In this document: piece by piece, positions 38,530-48,628 of the stretch
How the letters are laid out: the number at the start of each line of letters is the position of its first letter
How positions within the stretch are numbered: the first letter of the stretch is position 1
Assembly (NCBI GenBank): GCA_964612745.1
Contig: CAZTCH010000006.1
Span: 5,477-69,476 of the forward strand
From: an uncultured Candidatus Saccharibacteria bacterium
GTDB taxonomy: Bacteria; Patescibacteriota; Doudnabacteria; UBA920
Reading direction: 5' to 3'
Length of the DNA stretch: 64,000 nt
Notes under the pieces: generated by a model
What the model was told of the DNA's origin: nothing
The model's database searches: none
The model's input: the letters and a program-made list of their open reading frames with translations, nothing else
Program-made: the position numbers and the translations under genes

Positions 38530-39225
38530 TTATCTCGCCAGTTTGTACCACCGCGCGAGTGTGTGGGGTGAGGTGCCTAACATGTACAGGGTTTGGAGTA
38601 GCATCCACAGCGCGAGGGTTTTGAGGAATGCCTGCTCGAACCGTCTGCTCGCTGTGTACGCAATATCATGTAGACGCACTCGCGTGCCGTAGTGCTTGAG
38701 TCGTTGGTAAAATTCGAGGTCTTCGAACAAAGGGGTTTCAGTAAAGCCATGCATGGCGTGAAATGTATCAGCTCGCACAAAAAAAGCTGAGTCACCGTAG
38801 GCAATGCCGAGGTAATGGAGGAGTGCGTATAGGTGTGTTACTATGCGCGCAGCCACCGATGTACCCAAAAAGCGTAACCGAAAGTTGCCGCCACACATGT
38901 CATTTATTTTGCATGCTTCAACAATGCTCTCATATGCGTGTGGGGGAAGAATAGTGTCGGCGTGTAGAAATAAAAAAACATCACCACTTGCTCGTGCTGC
39001 GCCAAGATTGAGTTGTACGCCTCTGCTGCGCGGACCGTGCAGTACTATGCAGCCTGCCTGTTTTGCCATGGCGACAGTAGTGTCTGTGCTTCCTGCGTCT
39101 ACTACGATAATCTCGCATGGAGTGTGCAGTGCTTGGAGTGAGGCAAGCGTTTGGGGGAGTACTGTGGCTTCCTGCAGTGTGGGAATAATCACCGAGAGTT
39201 TAACCTTGGCTTTTGAGCTGGGCAT
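38530..39225 (-). CDS. GT2 glycosyltransferase
   Basis: SVIIPT, VVDAGSTD, FLHADT, YGD, EDLE, SRR. Confidence 0.88.
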   Translation of the reverse strand: MPSSKAKVKLSVIIPTLQEATVLPQTLASLQALHTPCEIIVVDAGSTDTTVAMAKQAGCIVLHGPRSRGVQLNLGAARASGDVFLFLHADTILPPHAYESIVEACKINDMCGGNFRLRFLGTSVAARIVTHLYALLHYLGIAYGDSAFFVRADTFHAMHGFTETPLFEDLEFYQRLKHYGTRVRLHDIAYTASRRFEQAFLKTLALWMLLQTLYMLGTSPHTLARWYKLAR

Positions 39226-39604
39226 AGACTTGGATGAGCACATCTAAAAACTTTTCGCTGGTTGGAGATCCTGGGGTGGTGCTTGCGAATGCGTGCAATG
39301 CGGAACTAAACTCTGTGAGTAATGGTTCTGTCTGTATAGAGGTGAAGTCCATTGGCGTTTGGGCTGGGTTTTGGCTGGCGAGTGATGTGACCAGTGAGTT
39401 CCACAAGAGTCCAGAGCCTGCAAGAGTGCCAAATGCTTCTGTAATTGTGTGTGCTGCATTGACCCAAATTGGGCTGGGGTTATTTTGTGCGAGAGCTTCT
39501 GCGGCAGTCTGGCACAGAATGGCTTCTGCTTTGGCTTTGGCGTAGAGTTCTAGTCTTTCTGCTTGGGTGTGAGGCGAAGCGGGTGTGGTTATGTGTGTAT
39601 TCAT
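39200..39604 (-). CDS. Hypothetical protein
   Basis: 134-aa ORF co-oriented with its neighbours. Confidence 0.5.
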   Translation of the reverse strand: MNTHITTPASPHTQAERLELYAKAKAEAILCQTAAEALAQNNPSPIWVNAAHTITEAFGTLAGSGLLWNSLVTSLASQNPAQTPMDFTSIQTEPLLTEFSSALHAFASTTPGSPTSEKFLDVLIQVYAQLKSQG

Positions 39605-39658
39605 AGAGCGGTGGTACTACATAAAAACCCCTGCGACATTGCAGGGGTGTGGAAAGAG

Positions 39659-40486
39659 TTATTCTCCAAGTATTACTACAATGTCTGTACTCGGCAGGCT
39701 TTCGTCTTTGGGTAAGCTGCCAACAACTTCACCACCGAGTAGTTGGGCAAGGGTTTCGGCGAGCGGAGCAGCTTCGGGGTGCAGTGAGAAAACAATTGTT
39801 TTGGAATATTCTTGGTTTGCTGCGTTGCCTATGCCTTCTACGCGGAATGATTTATTTTTGGTGATGATGTCAGAAGTTTTTTTGGCAAGCCCAGCTACTG
39901 CGGTGCCGTTGCGGATTTCTACACTTGCGGTGACCGCTTCTGTTTCGGTTGGGGTAGGGGCTGTGGCAGTAAGAGAAATAGAGCTGTTGGTAGTAGTTAA
40001 TTCTGCTGAGTTAACCAGTAGTTCTCTGGTAGGACTATAGAGAAATACTTTGTTCGCAGCACTGTAGACCAGTAGCTTGTCGCCCTCGAGTGCGCCCAAA
40101 AAGAACGCGTCTTTCACTGCGAGCGCTGCAGGGTTGGTTATGGTTTCTATGGTAGGGGTTCCGGAAGGGAGGGCTGCCGTTTTGGCCACTGCTTCAATGA
40201 GCAGCTCCTCTGTGGTCTTTTCAATAACAGTATTAGTAGCGGTTGGTGTATTTTCCAGAGGGTTCTTCTGCATGCCCCAGAAGTAATAAGCCCCACCACC
40301 CAAGGCTATGAGCAAGAGCAAGGTAATAAAAATCTTACCTGTTGGTTTGCTGCCGCCCTTGTATCGTGCCGGCATGTCTGACAAAATACCACCTTCGCTT
40401 CTGAGACTGTCCATGTCGTCAGTCTTTCGCGCAGAGACGGTAGTACGCCGTTTTGGCAGTTTAGTTGTTTGTTCGTTTTGTTCCAT
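39659..40486 (-). CDS. Membrane protein with LytR C-terminal domain
   Basis: TM segment; VEIRNGTAVAGLA...IGNA...DIVVILG. Confidence 0.85.
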   Translation of the reverse strand: MEQNEQTTKLPKRRTTVSARKTDDMDSLRSEGGILSDMPARYKGGSKPTGKIFITLLLLIALGGGAYYFWGMQKNPLENTPTATNTVIEKTTEELLIEAVAKTAALPSGTPTIETITNPAALAVKDAFFLGALEGDKLLVYSAANKVFLYSPTRELLVNSAELTTTNSSISLTATAPTPTETEAVTASVEIRNGTAVAGLAKKTSDIITKNKSFRVEGIGNAANQEYSKTIVFSLHPEAAPLAETLAQLLGGEVVGSLPKDESLPSTDIVVILGE

Positions 40487-40600
40487 AAGATATAGTAAAT
40501 AGTTGCTTCTATATTATTGCACACTGAGTAAAAACTGCAATCATTTTTTCTATTTTTGCGCAGTTTTAAAAAGATAAGCTTATTTAAGATAAATATTTAT

Positions 40601-40975
40601 ATTGCAAATTACGCATTACGAATTGCGAATTACGAATTACGCATTACGAATTACGAATTACGCATTTGTATTGCTAATTCTTCTTATTCTTCTAACTCTT
40701 CTCTCTCTTCTATCTCTTCTGCTTCTTCTTCTTCTGATTTTTGATTTGTTTTGCTACTCCCTACCCTTCGGCCGTGAGCTCAGGGTCGAACGACACCCTA
40801 ACTCCTAGCTCCTACAACCTAATTCCTAACCCGCTACAATACAGACACACAATGGCCATACAAACATACGAGCATATAAACATCTAAACAATAAGGCGCT
40901 TTGTTGCTTATATGTTTAAATGATTAAATGTTTACATGTTTAGATGTTTTCATGTTTAAATGCTTACATGCTTTA
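40601..40975. repeat. Mixed short tandem repeats (heptamer attacga/c, tct-rich tract, inverted octamer atgtttaa arrays)
   Basis: attacgcattacgaattgcgaattacgaattacgc...; taaacatc / atgtttaa arrays at 40860-40975. Confidence 0.75.
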
Positions 40976-41090
40976 CTGATTCCTAATTCCTTCTTACTAC
41001 CCTCTACCCTCTACTCTCCCCGCACTGTGCGGGGTCCCGATGCTGCATCGGGGCTACCCTCTTCTCTCCCCATTTGCTACTATAGTAGTA

Positions 41091-41381
41091 ATGAAACGAC
41101 TTATACAATTGCTCGAGGATACAGATTTAGCAGGCTTGGCGTCTCGCAGTCACCTGCGATTAGGAAAGGAAATGGCAGATGCAGGGGCGATAGAGCAGGT
41201 GCAGTCTGGCCCATTTATTGCCCAAGCGGTGGTAGCTTTCCGTAACGCTCAGAACCGGACAGTTCGGTTCGATGCAACGCCGAAAGGATTACGCTTTAAG
41301 TGCAGTTGTTCTGCGAGGAAAAATAATTTTTGCAGTCATTTAGTTGCAGTAGCTTTGGTTTTGCGTACACGCGCAGAGTAA
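41091..41381 (+). CDS. SWIM zinc-finger protein
   Basis: CSC......FCSHLVA. Confidence 0.8.
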   Translation: MKRLIQLLEDTDLAGLASRSHLRLGKEMADAGAIEQVQSGPFIAQAVVAFRNAQNRTVRFDATPKGLRFKCSCSARKNNFCSHLVAVALVLRTRAE

Positions 41382-41403
41382 AGTACTGCAGAGTGAGGTG
41401 TGT

Positions 41404-42138
41404 ATGAACACGCAAAAAAGTGAGCAGGTACGTACAGTGACCGGTGTGGTGCAACAACTGGTCTATAGTAGGATTTTGCTGCGGTTAACTTCTGGCCAAA
41501 TTGTAGATGTTGATACTGCCCAAGCAGTCTTGTATCGCAAAAATGGTTTACCCATGGTGTTTACCGATATTGCAGTGGGTAACCGAGTGCAAGTCGGTGG
41601 GCAAGTCTGGTCAGATGGCAGTATGACTGCGCACAAGGTGCGAAACTTGAGTCTGTATCCACATGCAGGTACATTTGCTGGAAAAGTAGTTGCGGTGGAT
41701 GTGGCTGGTCGGATGTGCACGATACGTAGTGCGCTCTATGGAGAACAGCGTATTTTGTTCACCGCAGATACCGCACTAACGGTAAAAGGGCGTGAATCTG
41801 TGTTGGGAGTGGTAGAAGTAGGGATGAGCGCTGTGGTGCGAGGCGTGTGGGAACAAACCCGTGCGCAGGTAATCGCTCGAAGCGTACGAATTACGTATCG
41901 ACTGTTGAACATCGACATTACTGGCGAAGTCGTCAGTCAGGTGGAATCTGACTGTACGGTTGTGGTTGGTACGGCGATATATGCGGTGCACACTGCTGGG
42001 ACAGTGTTTCGGGGGTTGGCCGAAGGGGTAACCGCGGCACAATTAGTAGGGCGAATGGTGCGGGTGGTGGGCAAGCATATTGCAGAGTCATTGTCTGTCA
42101 CTGCGGTGCGGGTGACTGTGTTGTCCGCGCGTCTATAA
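41404..42138 (+). CDS. DUF5666-like repeat protein
   Basis: Three beta-rich repeats G.V...VG..V.V.G...A..V. Confidence 0.65.
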   Translation: MNTQKSEQVRTVTGVVQQLVYSRILLRLTSGQIVDVDTAQAVLYRKNGLPMVFTDIAVGNRVQVGGQVWSDGSMTAHKVRNLSLYPHAGTFAGKVVAVDVAGRMCTIRSALYGEQRILFTADTALTVKGRESVLGVVEVGMSAVVRGVWEQTRAQVIARSVRITYRLLNIDITGEVVSQVESDCTVVVGTAIYAVHTAGTVFRGLAEGVTAAQLVGRMVRVVGKHIAESLSVTAVRVTVLSARL

Positions 42139-42177
42139 CAACCCAAGCATGGTACACTTATAGAAGAGAGTTGTGGC

Positions 42178-43980
42178 ATGAAAAAACAAAACAAACTACA
42201 ATATTCTGCTGGGTTTAGCTTAATCGAGATTTTAGTCAGCGTCACTATTTTTACCATCTTAACCGTTGGTGTTTTTGGTGCAGTTTCTGTGTTGCAGAAA
42301 AGTGTGAAGGCGGCTCGAGAAAAAACAATTTTGTCTAGTTTGGTTTCTTCTGATTTAGAGATTGTGAGAAACCTACCGTATGTAGAAGTGGGGACGGTAC
42401 AAGGAAACCCGAGTGGGGCGTTGCCAGACGCAGCAAACCCTCGCACGGCAACTGTAGAGGGTAGAACGTTTTCAATATATTACGAAGTAACCTATCGGGA
42501 TGACCCTGCTGATGGAACCTTGCTTGCGGGCACCGACGCGAGCGCTGCTGATTACAAGCAGGTCAAAATGTTCATTCGCAATGAGCAAACGAGTCAAGTG
42601 ACGACTATTTTAACTACTGTTGCTCCAAAAGGATTAGAGGGTACTCAAAGCGCTGGAGCATTATCTATTCGCGTGCTTAATGCACAAGGTCAGGCGGTTT
42701 CGGGGGCTCGGGTGCAGATAACCAATTCGGTTTTGAATCCAACAATTTCTTTGGATAGAACGACGGATAGCACGGGAAATTGGATTGAGGTGGGGCTGCC
42801 AGCGAGCGTGAATGGGTATCATGTAGTAGTGAGTAAGAATGGGTACTCTACTGACGAAACTTACCCTGTTACTCTGCAAAGGCCGAATCCCCTAAAACCA
42901 GATGCTACCGTGCTGGTCGGGCAAGTAACGCAAATTACTTTTGGAATAGATTTACTAGCGAACTTAACTATTCGCACGTTGGATCAAAAGTGCCAAAATT
43001 TGAACGCAATCAACGTTAACGTTTCTGGCGCGAAACTTTTAAGCACTAATCGAGGTGATTTTAAGTTTAATCAAGACCTTACTTCTGTCGCTGGCCAGAT
43101 TATTCTGACTGACATTGAATGGGATACATATACTCCGGTATTGTTGACTGGTCAAAGTGTTATGGTCTATGGTACATCTCCAATTCAACAAATTGATGTA
43201 CTCCCGGGGACATCGCAAACTTTCACAATAATTTTGGGGACTGAAAGCGCGCACAGTTTATTGGTTATTGTAAAAGATGCGGCAACCGGAGCGGCGTTAG
43301 AAGGAGCGCAGGTGCATTTGCAAAAAGGGGGTAGTACTCCGCAGGATTACTACGGAATTACAGGCGGTAGCGTGCTCGTCCAGTCAGATTGGACCGGTGG
43401 TGCGGGACAAATAGATTTTACGGATAGCACACAATATTTTACTGATAATGGTTCGGTGGACTCAGTGAGCAACCCAACTGGGTTAAAGCTTCGGAAAACT
43501 GCTGGTGACTACGCATTGTCTGGGTGGGTGGAGTCTTCCACGTTTGATACGGGGAGTGATGAAACGGACTTTACCACCATAACGTTTGCACCGGCTTCTC
43601 AAGACCCTTCAACAACACTGCAGTTTCAACTTGCAGCCAATAACGACAACGCAACATGGGACTATGTTGGGCCAGATGGAACAAGTGCGACCTACTACAC
43701 TATTTCTGGGAGTAACATCAGTAGTGTGCTAGATGGGAATCGGTACGCACGGTATAAGGTATTTCTCAACACAACAGATACCAAGCAAACCCCCGTGCTC
43801 ACTTCGGTGAGTCTGAACTATGTTTCTGGCTGCTTTAGCCCGGGGCAAAGCGTTTTCACTTCCCTCACACAGGGGAATAACTATTCACTGGAAGTGACGC
43901 TGGTTGGGTACCAAACGTATACTGCTTCGAGTATGGATATAAATGGTAACCAAACTTTAGAAGTATTGCTCAGTCAATAA
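42178..43980 (+). CDS. Type IV prepilin-like protein with carboxypeptidase-regulatory-like domains
   Basis: GFSLIEILV methylation motif; TTDSTG, VSKNGY beta-sandwich. Confidence 0.85.
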   Translation: MKKQNKLQYSAGFSLIEILVSVTIFTILTVGVFGAVSVLQKSVKAAREKTILSSLVSSDLEIVRNLPYVEVGTVQGNPSGALPDAANPRTATVEGRTFSIYYEVTYRDDPADGTLLAGTDASAADYKQVKMFIRNEQTSQVTTILTTVAPKGLEGTQSAGALSIRVLNAQGQAVSGARVQITNSVLNPTISLDRTTDSTGNWIEVGLPASVNGYHVVVSKNGYSTDETYPVTLQRPNPLKPDATVLVGQVTQITFGIDLLANLTIRTLDQKCQNLNAINVNVSGAKLLSTNRGDFKFNQDLTSVAGQIILTDIEWDTYTPVLLTGQSVMVYGTSPIQQIDVLPGTSQTFTIILGTESAHSLLVIVKDAATGAALEGAQVHLQKGGSTPQDYYGITGGSVLVQSDWTGGAGQIDFTDSTQYFTDNGSVDSVSNPTGLKLRKTAGDYALSGWVESSTFDTGSDETDFTTITFAPASQDPSTTLQFQLAANNDNATWDYVGPDGTSATYYTISGSNISSVLDGNRYARYKVFLNTTDTKQTPVLTSVSLNYVSGCFSPGQSVFTSLTQGNNYSLEVTLVGYQTYTASSMDINGNQTLEVLLSQ

Positions 43981-43992
43981 AGAGCTACGCAG

Positions 43993-45444
43993 ATGACTAT
44001 ACAAACATCAAAATCACACAGTGCTGCATTTACGTTAATCGAACTAATAGTTTCGGTGTCAATTTTTAGTGTGATTATGTTCGGCATTATGGCGCTCTTG
44101 AGTAATACCTTTACGCTGAATAGGCAACAGTCAGGCTTGCTGGATGATCAAGACCAAGCGCGTAAGCTTAGTTTTGCTTTGATGAATGAATTGCGCAATG
44201 CAACAACTGCAAACACAGGGGCGTATCCGCTAGAAACGGTATCTGCCCAAACGCTCACCTTTTATGCAAACATAGATGGGGGCACAGATATAGAACGGGT
44301 ACGCTACTATTTCCAAAACGGTGCGTTGTACAAAGGAGTGAAAAAGCCAACAGGGAATCCACTGAGTTATACTGCAGCGACAGAAACGAGTACTCGAGTG
44401 CAAGGGAGTATTTCTGGGAACCCAACTATTTTTACGTATTATGATGACTCATATAATGGCGTGACAGGGGCAGCACTGGCGCAACCAGTCAGTGTGGTAG
44501 CGGTGCGATTTGTAAAAGTAGATTTACCAATTCTAAAACGAGCAGGGGTAACCAACACCAACACGTACACCGTAACGGCCCAAGCAGCTGTGCGGAGTCT
44601 GAAAACAAATTTGGGCGATATTCCTGCTCCAACACCCACGCCACCGACGGTGACGTTACAAGCAAACGGTTCGAATGGGCCGGTGGCGGTGGCGTACAAT
44701 GCTGCTGCGTCTTTGGTTTGGACCAGTACAGATACTTCGAGTTGTACGGCGAGCGGCTCGTGGTTGGGTAATGTTGGTGTGAGCGGTACGCAATCTACCG
44801 GTGCTCTGACTATGGGTCAGACGTATACACTAGGATGTACCGGTCCTGGAGGAACTGCCACAGACTCCGTGCAAGTAACGGTAAACCCACCTCCAGCTCC
44901 AACGATGGACCTGTTGGCAAACGGTTCTGCAGGGCCAATTACGTTGGCGTATAACTCAACAGTGACCCTGACATGGTCGAGCACTACAACGACGAGTTGT
45001 ACTGCTACTGGTGGGTGGAGTGGGAGTAAGACCGTGAGTGGTTCGTGGACTTCTGCATCTCTGACCGCGACACAAACATACACTTTACAGTGTACGGGTC
45101 CGGGGGGTGACACGACTGATTCTGTAGTGGTCAATGTGAGCGCTCCACCACCAGTGCAACCGAGCTGTGTGTCTGCAGCGCCACAGTCGACTAACGCCAA
45201 TGGTAACGGAACATTTTACGTGTATGCGTACGGAGTGCAAGATACAACGAGTTTGACGTTCTTTGTGTACAAGGGTGCCAGTCAGTTGCTTATTTCAGGA
45301 GTAGACCAAGGTGGTGGGACATGGCGTGGCTCAGTTAATTTATCACTTATCCCGAGTAAGGGTTGGTATACCGTAGAGACGCTCGTTACGAATAACTCAT
45401 TTAGCGATGTGCTGTGTGCAAGTACACAGTTTAGGAGAAGATAA
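43993..45444 (+). CDS. Type IV minor pilin (PilW-like) with C-terminal Ig-like repeats
   Basis: AFTLIELIV motif; two ANGS.GP...W.ST...SCTA.G.W.G...YTL.CTGPGG repeats. Confidence 0.85.
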   Translation: MTIQTSKSHSAAFTLIELIVSVSIFSVIMFGIMALLSNTFTLNRQQSGLLDDQDQARKLSFALMNELRNATTANTGAYPLETVSAQTLTFYANIDGGTDIERVRYYFQNGALYKGVKKPTGNPLSYTAATETSTRVQGSISGNPTIFTYYDDSYNGVTGAALAQPVSVVAVRFVKVDLPILKRAGVTNTNTYTVTAQAAVRSLKTNLGDIPAPTPTPPTVTLQANGSNGPVAVAYNAAASLVWTSTDTSSCTASGSWLGNVGVSGTQSTGALTMGQTYTLGCTGPGGTATDSVQVTVNPPPAPTMDLLANGSAGPITLAYNSTVTLTWSSTTTTSCTATGGWSGSKTVSGSWTSASLTATQTYTLQCTGPGGDTTDSVVVNVSAPPPVQPSCVSAAPQSTNANGNGTFYVYAYGVQDTTSLTFFVYKGASQLLISGVDQGGGTWRGSVNLSLIPSKGWYTVETLVTNNSFSDVLCASTQFRRR

Positions 45445-45451
45445 GAACGCT

Positions 45452-46954
45452 ATGCAATTATATTCTTGGTTTGTCGCTTACCACTATTGGATCGTGTCCC
45501 AATTCAGAACTACTCTGCGGGAAAAGAGCACGTTGCGTGAACGCTCTCGCATTCGGAGCTCTGAAGGGTCTGTTTTGGTCATGGTGACGCTTTTAATTTT
45601 TGTTATATCTTTAGTATTGCTGGCTATCTTAGGGACAGCGACTATGCAGTTACGGCTTGTCCGGAAAACGCAAGACAAAGAATTGGCGTTTCATATTGCA
45701 GAAGCGGGTGCGAATTATTACCAATGGCATTTGGCGCATTTTCCTACTGACTACGCAGATGGAACCGGACAAACGGGGTGTAACCCATGTGGGCCGTATG
45801 TGCATGATTACACTGACTTTGACACGGGGCAGGTGGTTGGCCAGTTTAGCTTAACAATTACACCACCACCAAATGGTACAACTGTGGTAACTATTGCTTC
45901 GACAGGGAGTACCAGTGCAAACCCTTCTGTAGAACGGCGGGTGACCGTAAAGTACGGAGTACCGAGTCTTGCACGGTATGCGTTTTTAACGAATTCAGAT
46001 GTGTGGATTGGGGATTCCGAATCGGTGAGTGGTGAAATGAGTTCGAATGGTGGAATACGATTCGATGGCACGGCGAATGCGCCAATTCAGTCTGCCAAAA
46101 CAACGTACACCTGTCCGAGTTGGTCTGGGAGCCCGTGCCCTGCGACAAAAGCGGGAATTTGGGGGTCAGCATCAACGGCGACGCAAGGGTACTGGCAATA
46201 TCCCGTGCCAAATGTTGATTTTTCTAGCATGACTGCTGACTTGGCGTCCATGAAAACGGCGGCGCAGAGTGCTGGTTTGTACCTGTCACCTTCAAACGCG
46301 CTTGGGTATTCTTTGGTATTTAATGCAAATGGGACTATCAGTGTGTACAAAGTAACGAGCTTTCGTAGTATGACGGGAATATTGGCATCGGATGTGAATG
46401 GTACTGCAGTAACCCCTACGATTGATTACCAAAACCGGACGCTCCAATTTACCCAAGCAATTCCTACCAACGGTGTTATTTTTGTAGAAGATCATGTGTG
46501 GGTCGAAGGTACGGTCAATGGACGCGCCCAAGTGACTGCGGCAAAATTGCCGTATAATCCGACAACTGCTCCGAATATTTATATTCCGAATAACATCTTG
46601 TACACGGCAAAAGATGGGGCGCATGTGCTTGGGCTCATTGCGCAGAAGAATATTGTCGCAACGTACTATGTTCCCACAACGCTCGAAGTAAATGCTGCGC
46701 TTATTGCGCAAAATGGTAGTGTGCAACGGTATCAGTTTGGCGGGGGTAGTTCCAATGTGCGGACAAGCATTACGGTCTATGGTTCTTTAGCCACATTTGG
46801 CCCGTGGACGTGGAGCTATGTTTCGGGTAGTACTGTAGTCTCTGGGTTTACGAACACGTATACTAACTATGATGCGAATTTATTGTACGGTCCACCTCCC
46901 AGTTTTCCATTGACGAGTGATGGATATGTGCAAATGAGTTGGCAAGCAGATTAA
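45452..46954 (+). CDS. PilX-like minor pilin
   Basis: GSVLVMV hydrophobic segment, AFHIAEAG, YDANLLYGPPP.FP. Confidence 0.8.
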   Translation: MQLYSWFVAYHYWIVSQFRTTLREKSTLRERSRIRSSEGSVLVMVTLLIFVISLVLLAILGTATMQLRLVRKTQDKELAFHIAEAGANYYQWHLAHFPTDYADGTGQTGCNPCGPYVHDYTDFDTGQVVGQFSLTITPPPNGTTVVTIASTGSTSANPSVERRVTVKYGVPSLARYAFLTNSDVWIGDSESVSGEMSSNGGIRFDGTANAPIQSAKTTYTCPSWSGSPCPATKAGIWGSASTATQGYWQYPVPNVDFSSMTADLASMKTAAQSAGLYLSPSNALGYSLVFNANGTISVYKVTSFRSMTGILASDVNGTAVTPTIDYQNRTLQFTQAIPTNGVIFVEDHVWVEGTVNGRAQVTAAKLPYNPTTAPNIYIPNNILYTAKDGAHVLGLIAQKNIVATYYVPTTLEVNAALIAQNGSVQRYQFGGGSSNVRTSITVYGSLATFGPWTWSYVSGSTVVSGFTNTYTNYDANLLYGPPPSFPLTSDGYVQMSWQAD

Positions 46955-46964
46955 CTTTCTTTTT

Positions 46965-47330
46965 ATGAAAATACTTGTATGGCTTTGCGTGTGTGTGGTG
47001 AGTGTTTTGATGGCAGCCGACGTGCACGCTGCACGTGGGGTGGTGCCGAGCATTGCTCCCTTATTTCCGACTCCAGAAAATACGAAGCCAAACTTGGGGA
47101 GGAATATAAATTTTGAAGGGGAGTCAGTGTTTTCAGAACCCACCGCAGCAGAGTTGGCGGAAGGGGAAGCACCTGAAAGTGCAGCGACAAATGCGAAAGC
47201 TGACGGTATTGCTGGAGCGACTGCGCAACAGACGCAGACGTATTGGTGGTGGTTGTTAGGTATCCTTGTAGGTGTGGGGATAATTGGAGCTGGTGGGTAT
47301 TGGTGGTTTGGTATGCGCAAACCAGTATGA
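46965..47330 (+). CDS. Exported protein with C-terminal membrane anchor
   Basis: Signal peptide plus C-terminal TM segment. Confidence 0.65.
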   Translation: MKILVWLCVCVVSVLMAADVHAARGVVPSIAPLFPTPENTKPNLGRNINFEGESVFSEPTAAELAEGEAPESAATNAKADGIAGATAQQTQTYWWWLLGILVGVGIIGAGGYWWFGMRKPV

Positions 47331-48607
47331 TAATACAAAATTTTTCACAATTAGCGAGTACGGCATTGCGAAAAAAGGCACTGCTTATTGCAGAGGCGGG
47401 GTTAGAAGCAATTGCCACAACACCGCGGGTGCGCGCTGCAGTACGATATAACAAACAGCGTGACGAATTGGTTGTGGAGGGGCACATCTACAAACTCAAA
47501 TCGGTGCGCCGGTTGGTTGTGGTTGGATTTGGGAAAGCTGCGTATGAAGCAGTAACCACGTTGTATAGTATTTTAGGCGACCGGATTTCCGAAGGGTTAG
47601 TAGTAGATCTGAAAGGTGATAGTGTGGGAACTCTGACCACAACTGTTGGGTCGCATCCGTACCCAAGTGCAACCAATGTGACTGCTACGAAACATATTTT
47701 AGAAGTGGTTACTGGAATGACCGCAGAAGATATGGTGTTGTGTGTGGTGAGTGGTGGGGGGAGCAGTTTGTTGTGTTATCCGTACAAGCAGACGTGTGAG
47801 TTGCAGTCGAGCATAGTGCAGGCCCTCATGCATTCGGGGGCAACAATTCAAGAGCTCAATACCGTTCGCAAGCACATGAGTTTGGTAAAGGGTGGGCAAC
47901 TTGCCGCAGCCGCGTACCCCGCAACAGTAGTAAATTTGGTTTTTTCTGATGTCCCAGGGGATGATCCTGCGCTGGTGGCGAGTGGTCCAACATTGTACGA
48001 TCCTTCTACTATTGCTGAAGCAGAAGCCGTATTGCAAAAGTATGCAATTTTAGATAAATGTGGACTTTCCAAATGTGATTTGCACGAAACGCCAAAAGAA
48101 GAAAAATATTTTGCCTCTGTGCATACGCACGTGTTAGTCTCTGGCAAGCTTGCGTTACGGGCTATGGCGGAGAAGGCGGCGAACTTAGGATTTGTAACCA
48201 AAATTTCTTCTGCAGCATATGCAGGAATTGCAAAAGACTTGGCTGTGGAATTTGCCGGTATGCCCAAAAAACGTGAGTGTGTGTTGGCGGCGGGGGAAAG
48301 TACCGTGGTAGTAAAACATGCAGGGAAAGGTGGGCGTAATTTAGAGATGGCGTTAGCGGCACTACCTATACTGGGCCAAGACCAAGTGTTCTTAGCGTTA
48401 GATACTGATGGGTACGACAACACGCCTTTTGCAGGAGCGATAGTAGATGCCCACACAAGAGACGCGGCACAGCGGGTAGGAATGTCACCTGTGGTCGCTC
48501 TGGAGCAGAACGGCAGTTACCAGTTTTTTGAAGCGGTTGGCGACTATATTGCGACGGGGTTAACGGGGGCAAACGTAGCGGATTTCGTGATAAGCATACG
48601 GGATTGA
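47327..48607 (+). CDS. Glycerate kinase (DUF4147/MOFRL)
   Basis: GFGKAA, SGGGSSL, LNTVRKHMSLVKGG, SDVPGDD, GGRN, TDGYD, TGANVAD. Confidence 0.92.
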   Translation: MIIQNFSQLASTALRKKALLIAEAGLEAIATTPRVRAAVRYNKQRDELVVEGHIYKLKSVRRLVVVGFGKAAYEAVTTLYSILGDRISEGLVVDLKGDSVGTLTTTVGSHPYPSATNVTATKHILEVVTGMTAEDMVLCVVSGGGSSLLCYPYKQTCELQSSIVQALMHSGATIQELNTVRKHMSLVKGGQLAAAAYPATVVNLVFSDVPGDDPALVASGPTLYDPSTIAEAEAVLQKYAILDKCGLSKCDLHETPKEEKYFASVHTHVLVSGKLALRAMAEKAANLGFVTKISSAAYAGIAKDLAVEFAGMPKKRECVLAAGESTVVVKHAGKGGRNLEMALAALPILGQDQVFLALDTDGYDNTPFAGAIVDAHTRDAAQRVGMSPVVALEQNGSYQFFEAVGDYIATGLTGANVADFVISIRD

Positions 48608-48628
48608 GTCATGGTACAATAGTACAGT

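Noticed and set aside
40556-40808. ORFs with NYELRIT and poly-Leu/Ser repeats
   Set aside because: Translation artefacts of heptamer and tct tandem repeats
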